Source: Calditrichaceae bacterium (GTDB lineage Bacteria; Calditrichota; Calditrichia; Calditrichales; Calditrichaceae). Taken from it: DNA of 35,178 nt. Of the stretch, positions 7,355 to 15,883 are shown in pieces. Within the stretch, counting starts at the first letter, position 1; every line of letters starts with the position of its first letter. Location of the stretch: assembly GCA_037382875.1 (NCBI GenBank), contig JARRPN010000010.1:1-35178 (forward strand). The letters are read 5' to 3'. Both the position numbers and the translations under genes were made by a program. Under the pieces are notes generated by a model. It did no database searches, had not been told where the DNA came from, and saw nothing but the letters and a program-made list of their open reading frames with translations.

Positions 7355-8779
7355 ATGAAATCTAAAAATAAAACTCATCTTGTAGTAATTGGCGGAGGAC
7401 CGGGGGGCTATGCCGCGGCATTTTTAGCAGCTGATCTTGGGCAAGAGGTTACCCTTGTTGATCCGGAAGCAAATCCCGGCGGCGTGTGCCTTTATCGCGG
7501 ATGTATTCCTTCTAAAGCATTACTGCATGTGGCTAAACTTTTAAATGAAACTCTGGAAGCTGCCAATTGGGGTGTTGAATATCAAAAGCCAAAAATTAAT
7601 CTGGATAAATTACGGGATTATAAAAATGGCGTAGTAAATAAATTAACCGGTGGTACTGGACAACTGTTAAAACAAAGAAAAATAAAACATATTCAGGGTC
7701 GGGCTCTTTTCACTGATTCACATACGCTGGAAATAACGGACCTGAATAATGAAAAAAGTAAGCTTAATTTTGATTATGCTATTCTTGCCACTGGTTCAAG
7801 ACCGGCAGTGATCCCTAATTTATCAATCGATAGTCCAAGAGTAATGAATTCTACTTCTGCACTGGATTTAAAAGATATTCCTAAATCCTTATTAGTTATC
7901 GGTGGTGGATATATTGGTTTGGAAATGGGAACCGTTTATTCAGCACTTGGTTCAAAAGTATCTGTCGTGGAAATGATGCCCGGATTGTTACCCGGTGCCG
8001 ATCGTGATTTAGTTCGTATCCTGAGCAAGCGACTTGAAGACCGTTTTGAAAACATCATGCTTAAAACTAAAGTTGTTGAAATGAAGGCGCTTAAAGACAG
8101 TGTGAAGGTTACATTTGAAAATGAAGAAGGTGAACAGGAAGAAGTGAAGTATGATAAAGTATTAATCTCTATCGGGCGTAAACCTAATTCTGATTCAATA
8201 GGACTGGAAAATACAAAAGTGGAATTAGATAAACACGGTTTTGTTTTAGTAGACGATCAACGCAGAACTGCGGAACCAAGCATTTATGCTATTGGTGATA
8301 TTGCCGGTGAACCAATGCTGGCCCATAAGGCTTCCCATGAAGGACGAGTAGCTGCAGAAGCGATTAGCGGGCATAAAACGGCGTATGAACCACAGGCAAT
8401 ACCAGCCGTTGTCTTCACTGATCCAGAAATTGCCTGGTGTGGTTTGACAGAAAATGAAGCCAAAGAAAAAGATATCAAAGTTGAGGTAATGCGATTCCCA
8501 TGGGCAGCATCCGGACGTGCTATTACCATGGACCGTACGGATGGATTAACAAAGTTATTAATTGATCCCGAATCAGAACGTATCTTAGGTATGGGTATTG
8601 CAGGTTCTGGAGCCGGCGAATTGATCGCTGAAGGCGTTCTGGCGATTGAAATGGCGGCTCTAGCCAGTGATGTAAAACTAAGTATCCACGCGCATCCAAC
8701 CTTATCTGAAACGGTAATGGAAAGTGCGGAGATGTTTTTTGGCCATGCCACTCACGTTTATAGACCTAAACGAAAATAA
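7355..8779 (+). CDS. lpdA: dihydrolipoyl dehydrogenase, E3 component
   Basis: 474 aa. Motifs present: FAD-binding VIGGGPGGYAAAF, redox disulfide GGVCLYRGCIPSK, NAD-binding VIGGGYIGLEMG and C-terminal HAHPTLSE. GGGAG SD lies 8 nt upstream. Confidence 0.95.
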   Translation: MKSKNKTHLVVIGGGPGGYAAAFLAADLGQEVTLVDPEANPGGVCLYRGCIPSKALLHVAKLLNETLEAANWGVEYQKPKINLDKLRDYKNGVVNKLTGGTGQLLKQRKIKHIQGRALFTDSHTLEITDLNNEKSKLNFDYAILATGSRPAVIPNLSIDSPRVMNSTSALDLKDIPKSLLVIGGGYIGLEMGTVYSALGSKVSVVEMMPGLLPGADRDLVRILSKRLEDRFENIMLKTKVVEMKALKDSVKVTFENEEGEQEEVKYDKVLISIGRKPNSDSIGLENTKVELDKHGFVLVDDQRRTAEPSIYAIGDIAGEPMLAHKASHEGRVAAEAISGHKTAYEPQAIPAVVFTDPEIAWCGLTENEAKEKDIKVEVMRFPWAASGRAITMDRTDGLTKLLIDPESERILGMGIAGSGAGELIAEGVLAIEMAALASDVKLSIHAHPTLSETVMESAEMFFGHATHVYRPKRK

Positions 8780-8783
8780 AAAA

Positions 8784-8812
8784 AGCCCGGATGGTAAATC
8801 CAGGCTTTTTTT
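8784..8812. terminator. bidirectional rho-independent terminator between convergent lpdA and the T9SS cargo gene
   Basis: The stem pairs AGCCCGGA (8784..8791) with TCCAGGCT (8799..8806), with one internal mismatch and the loop TGGTAAA. It is followed by T7 (8806..8812) and preceded by A7 (8778..8784). It therefore reads as hairpin plus U-tract on both strands. Confidence 0.7.
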
Positions 8813-8826
8813 GAATATATCGTTAC

Positions 8827-9963
8827 TTATTTTACTAATACCATCCGGCGAATCTGCTCGAAATTTACAGTAGTTAGCTTGTAGAAATATATACCTGCCG
8901 CTAAATAACTTGCATCAAAATTAATTTGATAGCTTCCCGCCGGTTGTTTTTCTGATACTAATGTAGCAACCTTTTGCCCAAGCAGATTATAAACGGATAA
9001 ATCCACATGTTGTATGGGCGAACGATTATTCGCTCCAACTGTATATGAAATTGTAGTTGTTGGATTAAAAGGATTGGGATAATTTTGTTCAAGGCTAAAA
9101 TCTAAAGGTTGTGATACCGGATTTAAATTACCGGAAGTAACTGATTCCCAGCCAGCTAGAACAGCCATCATCCACCAGACTGCACGGCCTTTTTGTCTAC
9201 AGCTCGAATATGTCGTATGAGCCTGTTCATCCCCGTTAAACTCAGAATGTTCAATTGGTACATCAATGCCTTCATAATTATAAGAATTAAATTCCCACTG
9301 TTCTGTAGTAGAATTAAAACACCAGGCATCGAGATCAGCAAAATCGAACAATATTTTATTATTATCCTGACAATAGTTACGAATTTGTTCATTGCGAATA
9401 TATCTGTTATAACCGCTGCTACCGCTTGCTTGTGCGTTACCAGTCATATAAATAAACGTTACCTCAGGAAATTCTTCTTCCAGAAAAGCCATAGAATCAA
9501 GATAAGCTTGCGTAGTTGCTTCAGAATTACCATCCTGCTGAGTGCACCAGGACCATTGAGAAACATTAAGAGAGGTATTATTCATAAGGACAGCACGGGT
9601 ATAATTCATACCGGTTCCTGTTTCCCAATACTCATCCGGAGTTATGTAAGTATCATGTTCCTGACCATCAAATATACATAGTGCCCCTGATTCGGTTGGA
9701 AGAGAGCTTGATTGACGGGCAACATTATAACCGGCGTTGTCACCTTCAATATAGCTTAAACCATAAGTTAATTGTCCACCATGGGAAGTATGTGCATAAT
9801 GCCATTTAATTTTTGCCTTTACAGAGTCAATCCAATTGCCTGGAATCTGCGATAAATCTGTGCAGGTATGATCAATAATCAATCCTTGACTCATCCCGGT
9901 TGTGAGGAATAGTAAATTCCAAATAATCATAACTACAATTAATGAAGCAGATAATATTTTCAT
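8827..9963 (-). CDS. secreted protein of unknown function with a T9SS (Por secretion system) C-terminal sorting domain
   Basis: 378 aa with an N-terminal signal/TM segment (MKILSASLIVVMIIWNLLFLTTG). The C-terminal ~85 aa match the type A Por_Secre_tail pattern: LEQNYPNPFNPTTTISYTV...VDLSVYNLLGQKVATLV...AGSYQINFDAS.LAAGIYFYKL. The ~270-aa passenger (WHYAHTSHGGQ, IYMTGNAQ, several Cys/Trp) is not a family I can name. GAGG SD upstream. Confidence 0.8.
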   Translation of the reverse strand: MKILSASLIVVMIIWNLLFLTTGMSQGLIIDHTCTDLSQIPGNWIDSVKAKIKWHYAHTSHGGQLTYGLSYIEGDNAGYNVARQSSSLPTESGALCIFDGQEHDTYITPDEYWETGTGMNYTRAVLMNNTSLNVSQWSWCTQQDGNSEATTQAYLDSMAFLEEEFPEVTFIYMTGNAQASGSSGYNRYIRNEQIRNYCQDNNKILFDFADLDAWCFNSTTEQWEFNSYNYEGIDVPIEHSEFNGDEQAHTTYSSCRQKGRAVWWMMAVLAGWESVTSGNLNPVSQPLDFSLEQNYPNPFNPTTTISYTVGANNRSPIQHVDLSVYNLLGQKVATLVSEKQPAGSYQINFDASYLAAGIYFYKLTTVNFEQIRRMVLVK

Positions 9964-10123
9964 GATAACCTCTATGTTTAATGGATTTTTTTGAAATGGT
10001 GCAACTATAATACCAATATCAAAATGACAGGATATTAATTAATATTTTCACATAAAATTGTATAAAATATAACCACTTATAGTGATTGATGAAATGAGAT
10101 CATTTGATAATCTAGTAATAGGA

Positions 10124-10161
10124 CAAAAAAATAGCCCGGCGATAAAAATACGTCGGGCTAT
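10124..10161 (-). terminator. probable rho-independent terminator downstream of the M16C peptidase gene
   Basis: ATAGCCCGGCG (10131..10141) pairs with CGTCGGGCTAT (10151..10161). One position is G-T on the + strand, which becomes a C-A mismatch in the - strand RNA. On the - strand the hairpin is followed by a U-run (A-run 10125..10131 on +). It lies 21 nt past the stop at 10182. Confidence 0.55.
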
Positions 10162-10181
10162 AAAATAAGAATGGTATTATC

Positions 10182-13105
10182 TTAATTAGTCAATTGAACC
10201 AGCTCTTTAAAAAGTTTCTTTTCGGACTGGATTTTCTCTTCATTACCATAAACACAGAATGCATCCTGTGTAAGTATATCTTCAACCATTTTTTTCATAC
10301 TTTTAATATCTTCTACTGTTGTGGCTAAAATGGCTTCACGATCCTTCTGTTGATCTTCCCTGGTTGTTTTTTGAAAATAATTCTGAACAGCAACATTTCC
10401 TTTTTGAGAAGGAGTTAAAGGTCGATCAATCCGAGAAATTGTACCTATAATATAGAGTACCATTTCCGTATCATCAGCTTCAAACGAAGTTAAGTATTCA
10501 GGAGTTGCGTCATAATTTTTAAGCGTCTCTTTTAAATTTGGATCACGATATGAAGCAAAATAAACCATACCAGTTGATCCAAATGAACAGAATCCTCCAT
10601 ATGCACCGCCAATGACTCGAATTTGATTTTGAAGGTAATCACTGGATAATATCTGATTCAAAACTCGCATTTTACCATCCCATTCATAACCCAGTTTTTT
10701 GAAATCATATCCCTTAATCACATATTGAACTTTGGATGCGGCAAGCAAACCTTCATTTTTGCTTTCTAATTTAAAATTCCAGGTTTTGTAATCTGCTGAG
10801 CCTTCTGGCTGGGTGTTGACAAATTTTTCAAAATTAGAATCAAATTTTCCAATATCATCTTTACTACTGGTAACCGAAGTCATTAGGTTATTTTTATTGA
10901 ATAACATATGTGCTGTTTCGGTAAGAGATTTTACAATTTCATCGGCTTTCTCATCAAAGGTATTTACTAGGTCAGTAACAAACCAGTAGTATTCCACACC
11001 ACCAGTCATTTCATCAAACATACCCTCATTACTGAAATAAGATAATAGACGTGTACGGGCATAACCAAAGCCATTTTGTTTGATATTGGCATCAAGCCGG
11101 GACTGATGCCTGGTTAAAACAGCTTTCAGCCTGTCTTTATCTGAATAGATACTGTTGTTTACAATTTCTGCCATAAGTTCAAACATTTTATCCACTTTAT
11201 CATTGGACGCTTTGGAATTAACAATGAATTTTGGGATTAAATTTTCATCGTTCTTATTCTCCAGATAAGTATTCAGAAAAGTGTTGAATCCGCCGGTATG
11301 TAAATTTAAGGCCTTATCCAAATCGCCATAGCTATAATTCTCTGTATTCAGGCTGCCAAGCACTTCTGATAGCAATGCTGCATATGGAGGATTCTGTTCA
11401 TTTGGATCAACTGGTATGGTTTATTTTGCTTCATATCCTCATAAAATTCAGAATTGGGATCAATATCCTTCAATCCAAGCATAGGAATTGTTGCCACTGC
11501 CTCATCACTGTCTTCACGTTCCTGATACTCAACCAGCTCATTGGTTTCCTCAACCAGTTTATCCAAGTCACTATCTGAAAGTGTTTTTTTAAATTCAGTT
11601 AGCTCCTGTTCCGTTTTGTCATTGATTTCAGTTTCCATTCCCGGTTTTGGCTCAAGCACCAAAAGCAGGGCATGGGGATTTTTGAGCATATATTGTTTAA
11701 TGACCTGTTGTAAATAACCTTCTTTTATTGCTGATTTTATTTCTGCCAGTGGTTTTTCATATTCAAGACTGAGAAAAGGATCTTCAGCAAAAAACCACCC
11801 GTTGATTGTCTGGAAGTTGTATGTAAGCCCTTTTTGTGCATCATCTCCTTCTCTAAGGCGGAATTCTACACGGTTCAGCCGGCCTTCAGCGGCTTCCATA
11901 TCCAAGCCCTCATCAACGGCTTTCTGTAATGATGCATTTATAATTTCAAGAAATTTATCCTTATCAGAAGCATTGGCATTCTGTACGCGGATCTGAAATA
12001 CATTCTGCTTCATTTCATCCACACTGGCATGAACTTCTTTACCGATACCCGCTTCCTGTAAAGCAAGTCGTAGAGGAGCTGATTCGCCATTTACAAGGAC
12101 TTCAGCTAAAATGTCAAGAGCGAAAAGAAGTTTCTGATCTGTATTTAATCCACTTACATAATTAAGTGCAATATAGCTTTGATTTTCAGTGCTACTACCT
12201 TCCGCAGCAGAATAATAAGCTGTAACCTGCTTCATTTCGGAAAAAGGTTTTTGTAAAGGTATAGAGGCTTTAAAATCTGATTTTTTATAATTTGAAAGAT
12301 ATTTTTTATCTATAAATTCAAGTTCCTTATCAAGATCAGCATTTCCATAAAGATATATGTAACTGTTTGATGGATGGTAATACTTTTTGTGAAAGTTAAT
12401 AAAATCATTATAGGTTAAAGTTGGAATTGCACTCGGATATCCGCCCGATGAGAAATGATAACTATTATCCGGGAAAAGATTTTTATCAATCTGGTAGCCA
12501 AGTTCCCGGGTTGGGCTTGAAAACGCCCCTTTCATTTCATTATAAACAACGCCTTTATATACAACTGAACTGTCTTTGTTAAGTAATTCATGGTGCCAGC
12601 CTTCTTGTTTCAGGATGCGTGGATCATCGTAAATTAGCGGATTAAATACAGCATCCAGATAAACATGCATCAAATTAAAATAATCTTTATCATTCATGCT
12701 GGCAACGGGATAAATCGTGATATCACCGCCGGTCATGGCATTTAAAAATGTGTTGAGCGAGCCTTTTGATAAAATATCAAACGGACTTTTCACCGGGAAG
12801 TTTTTTGATCCATTAAGAACCGAATGTTCCATGATATGCGGTGTGCCGGCATCGGATTCCGGAACGGTTTTAAATGAAATACTGAACGTTGTATTGGGAT
12901 CATCAGCAGCAATTTTTAGCAAGCGGGCACCACTCTTTTCATGAATAAAGTAAAAGCACTCGGCATTCACTTCCTTAACAAAACGTTTTTCTTTTAACTT
13001 AAATCCGTGATAGGTCTTATCCACTTTATATCCTGCCCATAATAAATTTGAAGAAAATAAAATAACAGTAAAACTAATCAACAGCAAAAAACTTATCGCT
13101 TTCAT
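10182..13105 (-). pseudogene. M16C family (PreP/insulinase-like) zinc metallopeptidase, split as sequenced by a frameshift
   Basis: Track ORF 11348..13120 carries the inverted zinc motif GTPHIMEHSVLNGS (HxxEH) and the distal-Glu region VVYNEMKG. Track ORF 10182..11375 (TTG-initiated in the track) continues with the C-terminal inactive M16 domains (LSEVLGSLNTENYSYGDLDKALNLHTGGF...). Together they give about 975 aa, the PreP architecture. The downstream frame is open from 11420 and the upstream frame stops at 11348..11350. I moved the start to ATG 13105 because GGAGGA (13113..13118) lies 7 nt upstream and the track GTG at 13120 would overrun it. Signal peptide: MKAISFLLLISFTVILFSSNLLWA. Confidence 0.85.
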
Positions 13106-13220
13106 AAAAAATTCCTCCACAAACAGTGAATAATAAAATGATATTAATAATATATAAAATTAAATTCTGCTAAATCTCTAATTTACGAGTAACTACGTAA
13201 TTAGTTTCACTTGATCAAAT

Positions 13221-13649
13221 TTAGTCTATTTCAACTTTTGTTCTTAGCTTTTTCAATTGACTTCGTCTCTTTTTACTCTCGATTCGTTTTTCTTTTGATG
13301 CTGAAGAAGGTTTGGTGGGTATTCGAGATTTTGGCACAACCAAAGTGTTGTTAATTAAAGCATGAAGACGGGCAAGCGCGTTATCCTTATTTTTCTTCTG
13401 ACTGCGATGTTGCTGAGCTTTAATTATTACAATACCATCATTATTGATTCGGGAATCATTTAATTTTAACAGGCGCTCTTTAAGATAGCCGGGAAGGGAG
13501 GATGCTTGAATATCAAATCGAAGCTGTATAGCTGATGCAACTTTATTGACGTGCTGTCCTCCCGGACCCTGCGAGCGAATGGCGCTGAAATCTATCTCAT
13601 TTAAAGAAATAGATATGAGTTCTGTAATAAAAAGTCGTTTCACACTCAT
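13221..13649 (-). CDS. arfB: alternative ribosome-rescue factor ArfB (YaeJ), peptidyl-tRNA hydrolase
   Basis: 142 aa. It contains the GGQ motif in IRSQGPGGQHVNKVASAIQLRFDI, then IVIIKAQQHRSQKKN and a basic C-terminal tail. It is colinear with E. coli YaeJ as I recall it. The start overlaps the creD stop (TAATG). Confidence 0.9.
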   Translation of the reverse strand: MSVKRLFITELISISLNEIDFSAIRSQGPGGQHVNKVASAIQLRFDIQASSLPGYLKERLLKLNDSRINNDGIVIIKAQQHRSQKKNKDNALARLHALINNTLVVPKSRIPTKPSSASKEKRIESKKRRSQLKKLRTKVEID

Positions 13650-14980
13650 TAGAAACTGGAAGTAGAATCTTCTGTCTTCTCGCCTTTTAAAATCGTAAAC
13701 CAGTCAATTTTGCGGGTAAGATACATAACAACTGCTAAAATAACAAACAGGCCAATACTTCCCATAAGCAGAGCAAAATCCTGCAGCTGCAATACGACAT
13801 AAAGATACCCATAAAGGATGGTGAGTACAGCAAAGATCAAAACTGTTTGTAAATAATGTTTTAGAACACCTCTGGTATAAGCAGTTATTAATCCGACATT
13901 GGCCACGGCGGCAATAATGTAAGCGAACTTAAATAAAATGTGTTCAGTCAGGGAAAGTAACAATATATAAAACAGTAGCAGGGCAAAACCAATTAACAGA
14001 TATTGAATAGGATGCAGAACTTTCTTGTTTAACAATTCAATCATAAAGAATGCTAAAAAGGTTAGACTGATAAACATGATGGCATACTTCGTAGTCCGCA
14101 TAGTTTTCTGGTATTCATCAACCGGGAGCAGCAAATCCACACCAAAGGTCGAGGAATTAATCTTATACTGTCCACCCATCCACTGTTGCGGGTAATTTCT
14201 GTTTAGATGTAGAATTTTCCAATTTGCTGTAAAACCATTTTCTTTAATTTTATGCTCATCCGGAATAAAAGTACCTATAAAACTGGGATCCTTCCATGAG
14301 GATGAAATCTTCACATTGGTTTCCTGACCAACTGGTGTAAAATACAAACCGGAGCTGCCGTTTATATTAATTTTAAAGTTGAATGTATTTTCTACTTTAT
14401 TAGGAGTAATAGATATAGGAGCGCTTATCCCTGCATTAAGAACCTCATTTGTAGCTATGCCCGGATTGGGTTCTATGGTGCTGTCATTCCATTGTAATGA
14501 GATTAGATCCTGAATACCCTTCATATCACTAATACCAATTGCTACAAATGCATCGTCCCACAGGATATCTTTTTCCGGTATTTTAAATTTTTTATAATCC
14601 AAAGATTTAAATGAACCGGTAAACGCGATTTCTGAATTATAAAGGACAGCTTCATAAATACCGCGGTAGCGAATTTCAGGATTTACTTTTCCAGTGATTT
14701 GTAGATTTGAGGGAAGAAAATGCATATAATTTATACTACTTCTGATCTCATCTTCTGCATTTCTGTAATAATATCGATACGGGACACTTAATACAGGTCC
14801 GGATAAGGTCTGAGATGTACCCCACTTCTGGTTGATTTCATTAATTACACTGTCGTGTCTTTCCTGACGTTCTTCTATGGTAGATTGTATTATTGTAGCC
14901 GGAATTAATAATAACAATGTTAATAAAGCAATAATCCCTAATCGCAGTCCCATAGAATTTTTCAATCCGGGTTTGAGCAT
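13649..14980 (-). CDS. creD: cell envelope integrity / inner membrane protein CreD
   Basis: 443 aa. The N-terminal TM segment is followed by IQSTIEERQERHDSVINEINQKWGTSQTLSGPVLSVPY, which fits the CreD family pattern (ER...WG..Q...GP.L.VPY). A large periplasmic region and a C-terminal cluster of TM helices follow. AAAGGA SD upstream. Confidence 0.8.
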   Translation of the reverse strand: MLKPGLKNSMGLRLGIIALLTLLLLIPATIIQSTIEERQERHDSVINEINQKWGTSQTLSGPVLSVPYRYYYRNAEDEIRSSINYMHFLPSNLQITGKVNPEIRYRGIYEAVLYNSEIAFTGSFKSLDYKKFKIPEKDILWDDAFVAIGISDMKGIQDLISLQWNDSTIEPNPGIATNEVLNAGISAPISITPNKVENTFNFKININGSSGLYFTPVGQETNVKISSSWKDPSFIGTFIPDEHKIKENGFTANWKILHLNRNYPQQWMGGQYKINSSTFGVDLLLPVDEYQKTMRTTKYAIMFISLTFLAFFMIELLNKKVLHPIQYLLIGFALLLFYILLLSLTEHILFKFAYIIAAVANVGLITAYTRGVLKHYLQTVLIFAVLTILYGYLYVVLQLQDFALLMGSIGLFVILAVVMYLTRKIDWFTILKGEKTEDSTSSF

Positions 14981-15092
14981 GGTGTTATCCTTTCAATTTT
15001 ATTTTTGATGGATAATCATACATTAAAATAAAATAAAAGTTCGTTTAAGATAGGATATAAATTGGTCTCTTATGATATTATCAGAAATAGTA

Positions 15093-15854
15093 TTATGATT
15101 TGGAACGAAGACCAATTACACCCATCATCCGGCCACTATTTTGACCATCTCTACGATAGGAATAATAAAGCTCATGCTTTTCATATGTACAATCTGAATT
15201 TCGTTCAATATTATATTTACTCAGACCGGTTGCAATTAGCTGATCAAAGATGACTTGTTGTAAGTCCATTTTATAATGTCCGGGGCCATCAGGAGTAAAA
15301 TATTTTGATTTAAATTGTTTATACACAGGTTCATCCACTTGAAAATTTTGTGTTTGAACACCCGGACCAATACCGGCGATTACCTCACTTGGATCAACGC
15401 CGAGTTCAGTTTTCATTTTTTGGATTGTCTTACCGGCGATGTTAACTGCACTGCTTTTCCAGCCTGAATGTATGATGGCAATTGTCATAGTTAAGGGATC
15501 AAACACAAAAACAGGAAAGCAATCTGCCGTTTGGATCGTCAGGAATAAGTCAGTCGTTTGTGTAATCAAAGCATCGCAATCATTCACGATACCAGGAGTA
15601 TTAACAATTTGAATATTATCCGAATGAATCTGAACCGGGAAAACAAGAAGATCCTGGGGAATATCTAAATAATTAAAATACTTATCTCGGTTATTCTGAA
15701 CAATTTGTGGATCATCTCCGCAAGTTAAACCCAGGTTCATACTTTGATAGGGATGATGACTGAAGCCGCCTATTCGGGTTGAGAAAGCATGGGCTAAATA
15801 TGAATGGGATTTTAAATTATCAAATTGAATTATCTTTAATGAGTCCACAATCAA
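15093..15854 (-). CDS. pgeF: peptidoglycan editing factor PgeF (YfiH/DUF152, laccase-domain family)
   Basis: 253 aa. YfiH-family landmarks are present: AHAFSTRIGG, SMNLG, PVQIHSDNI, DALIT, TADCFPV, IHSGWK and DCTY...YYSYRRDG. The track start is TTG; the exact start is uncertain. Confidence 0.85.
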   Translation of the reverse strand: MIVDSLKIIQFDNLKSHSYLAHAFSTRIGGFSHHPYQSMNLGLTCGDDPQIVQNNRDKYFNYLDIPQDLLVFPVQIHSDNIQIVNTPGIVNDCDALITQTTDLFLTIQTADCFPVFVFDPLTMTIAIIHSGWKSSAVNIAGKTIQKMKTELGVDPSEVIAGIGPGVQTQNFQVDEPVYKQFKSKYFTPDGPGHYKMDLQQVIFDQLIATGLSKYNIERNSDCTYEKHELYYSYRRDGQNSGRMMGVIGLRSKS

Positions 15855-15883
15855 TCATAAGATTTGGCGGAATAAACTTAATT

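Noticed and set aside
8284-8751. 155-aa ORF antisense to lpdA.
   Set aside because: It lies entirely inside the strongly supported lpdA CDS. The Ala/Ser/Pro-rich translation is typical of the reverse frame of a Gly/Ala-rich gene.
9193-9681. 162-aa + strand ORF and 74-aa - strand ORF (9168..9392) within the T9SS cargo gene.
   Set aside because: They are embedded in a longer ORF that has a signal peptide and a T9SS sorting domain. Their translations are low-complexity Ile/Phe/Lys-rich sequences.
10032-10045. 14-nt perfect palindrome ATATTAATTAATAT upstream of the T9SS cargo gene. Also the 7+1+7 palindrome AATTGTAATACAATT at 26982..26996 and an AU-rich bulged hairpin at 26119..26147 after rlmB.
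   Set aside because: All are A/T-dominated low-complexity elements of a size expected by chance here. The hairpin lacks a following U-tract on either strand. I could not link them to any known operator consensus.
13106-13120. GTG start (MEEFF...) for the M16C peptidase as given in the ORF track.
   Set aside because: The GTG-initiated codons spell GGAGGA, a perfect SD placed 7 nt before ATG 13105. From that ATG a typical signal peptide begins.
15060-15117. 9-bp inverted repeat AATTGGTCT / AGACCAATT straddling the pgeF stop, with half-sites resembling a PdhR-type box.
   Set aside because: The arms are 40 nt apart and one lies inside the pgeF coding sequence. The spacing does not fit the PdhR box, and no U-tract follows that would make it a terminator. 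It is probably coincidental.
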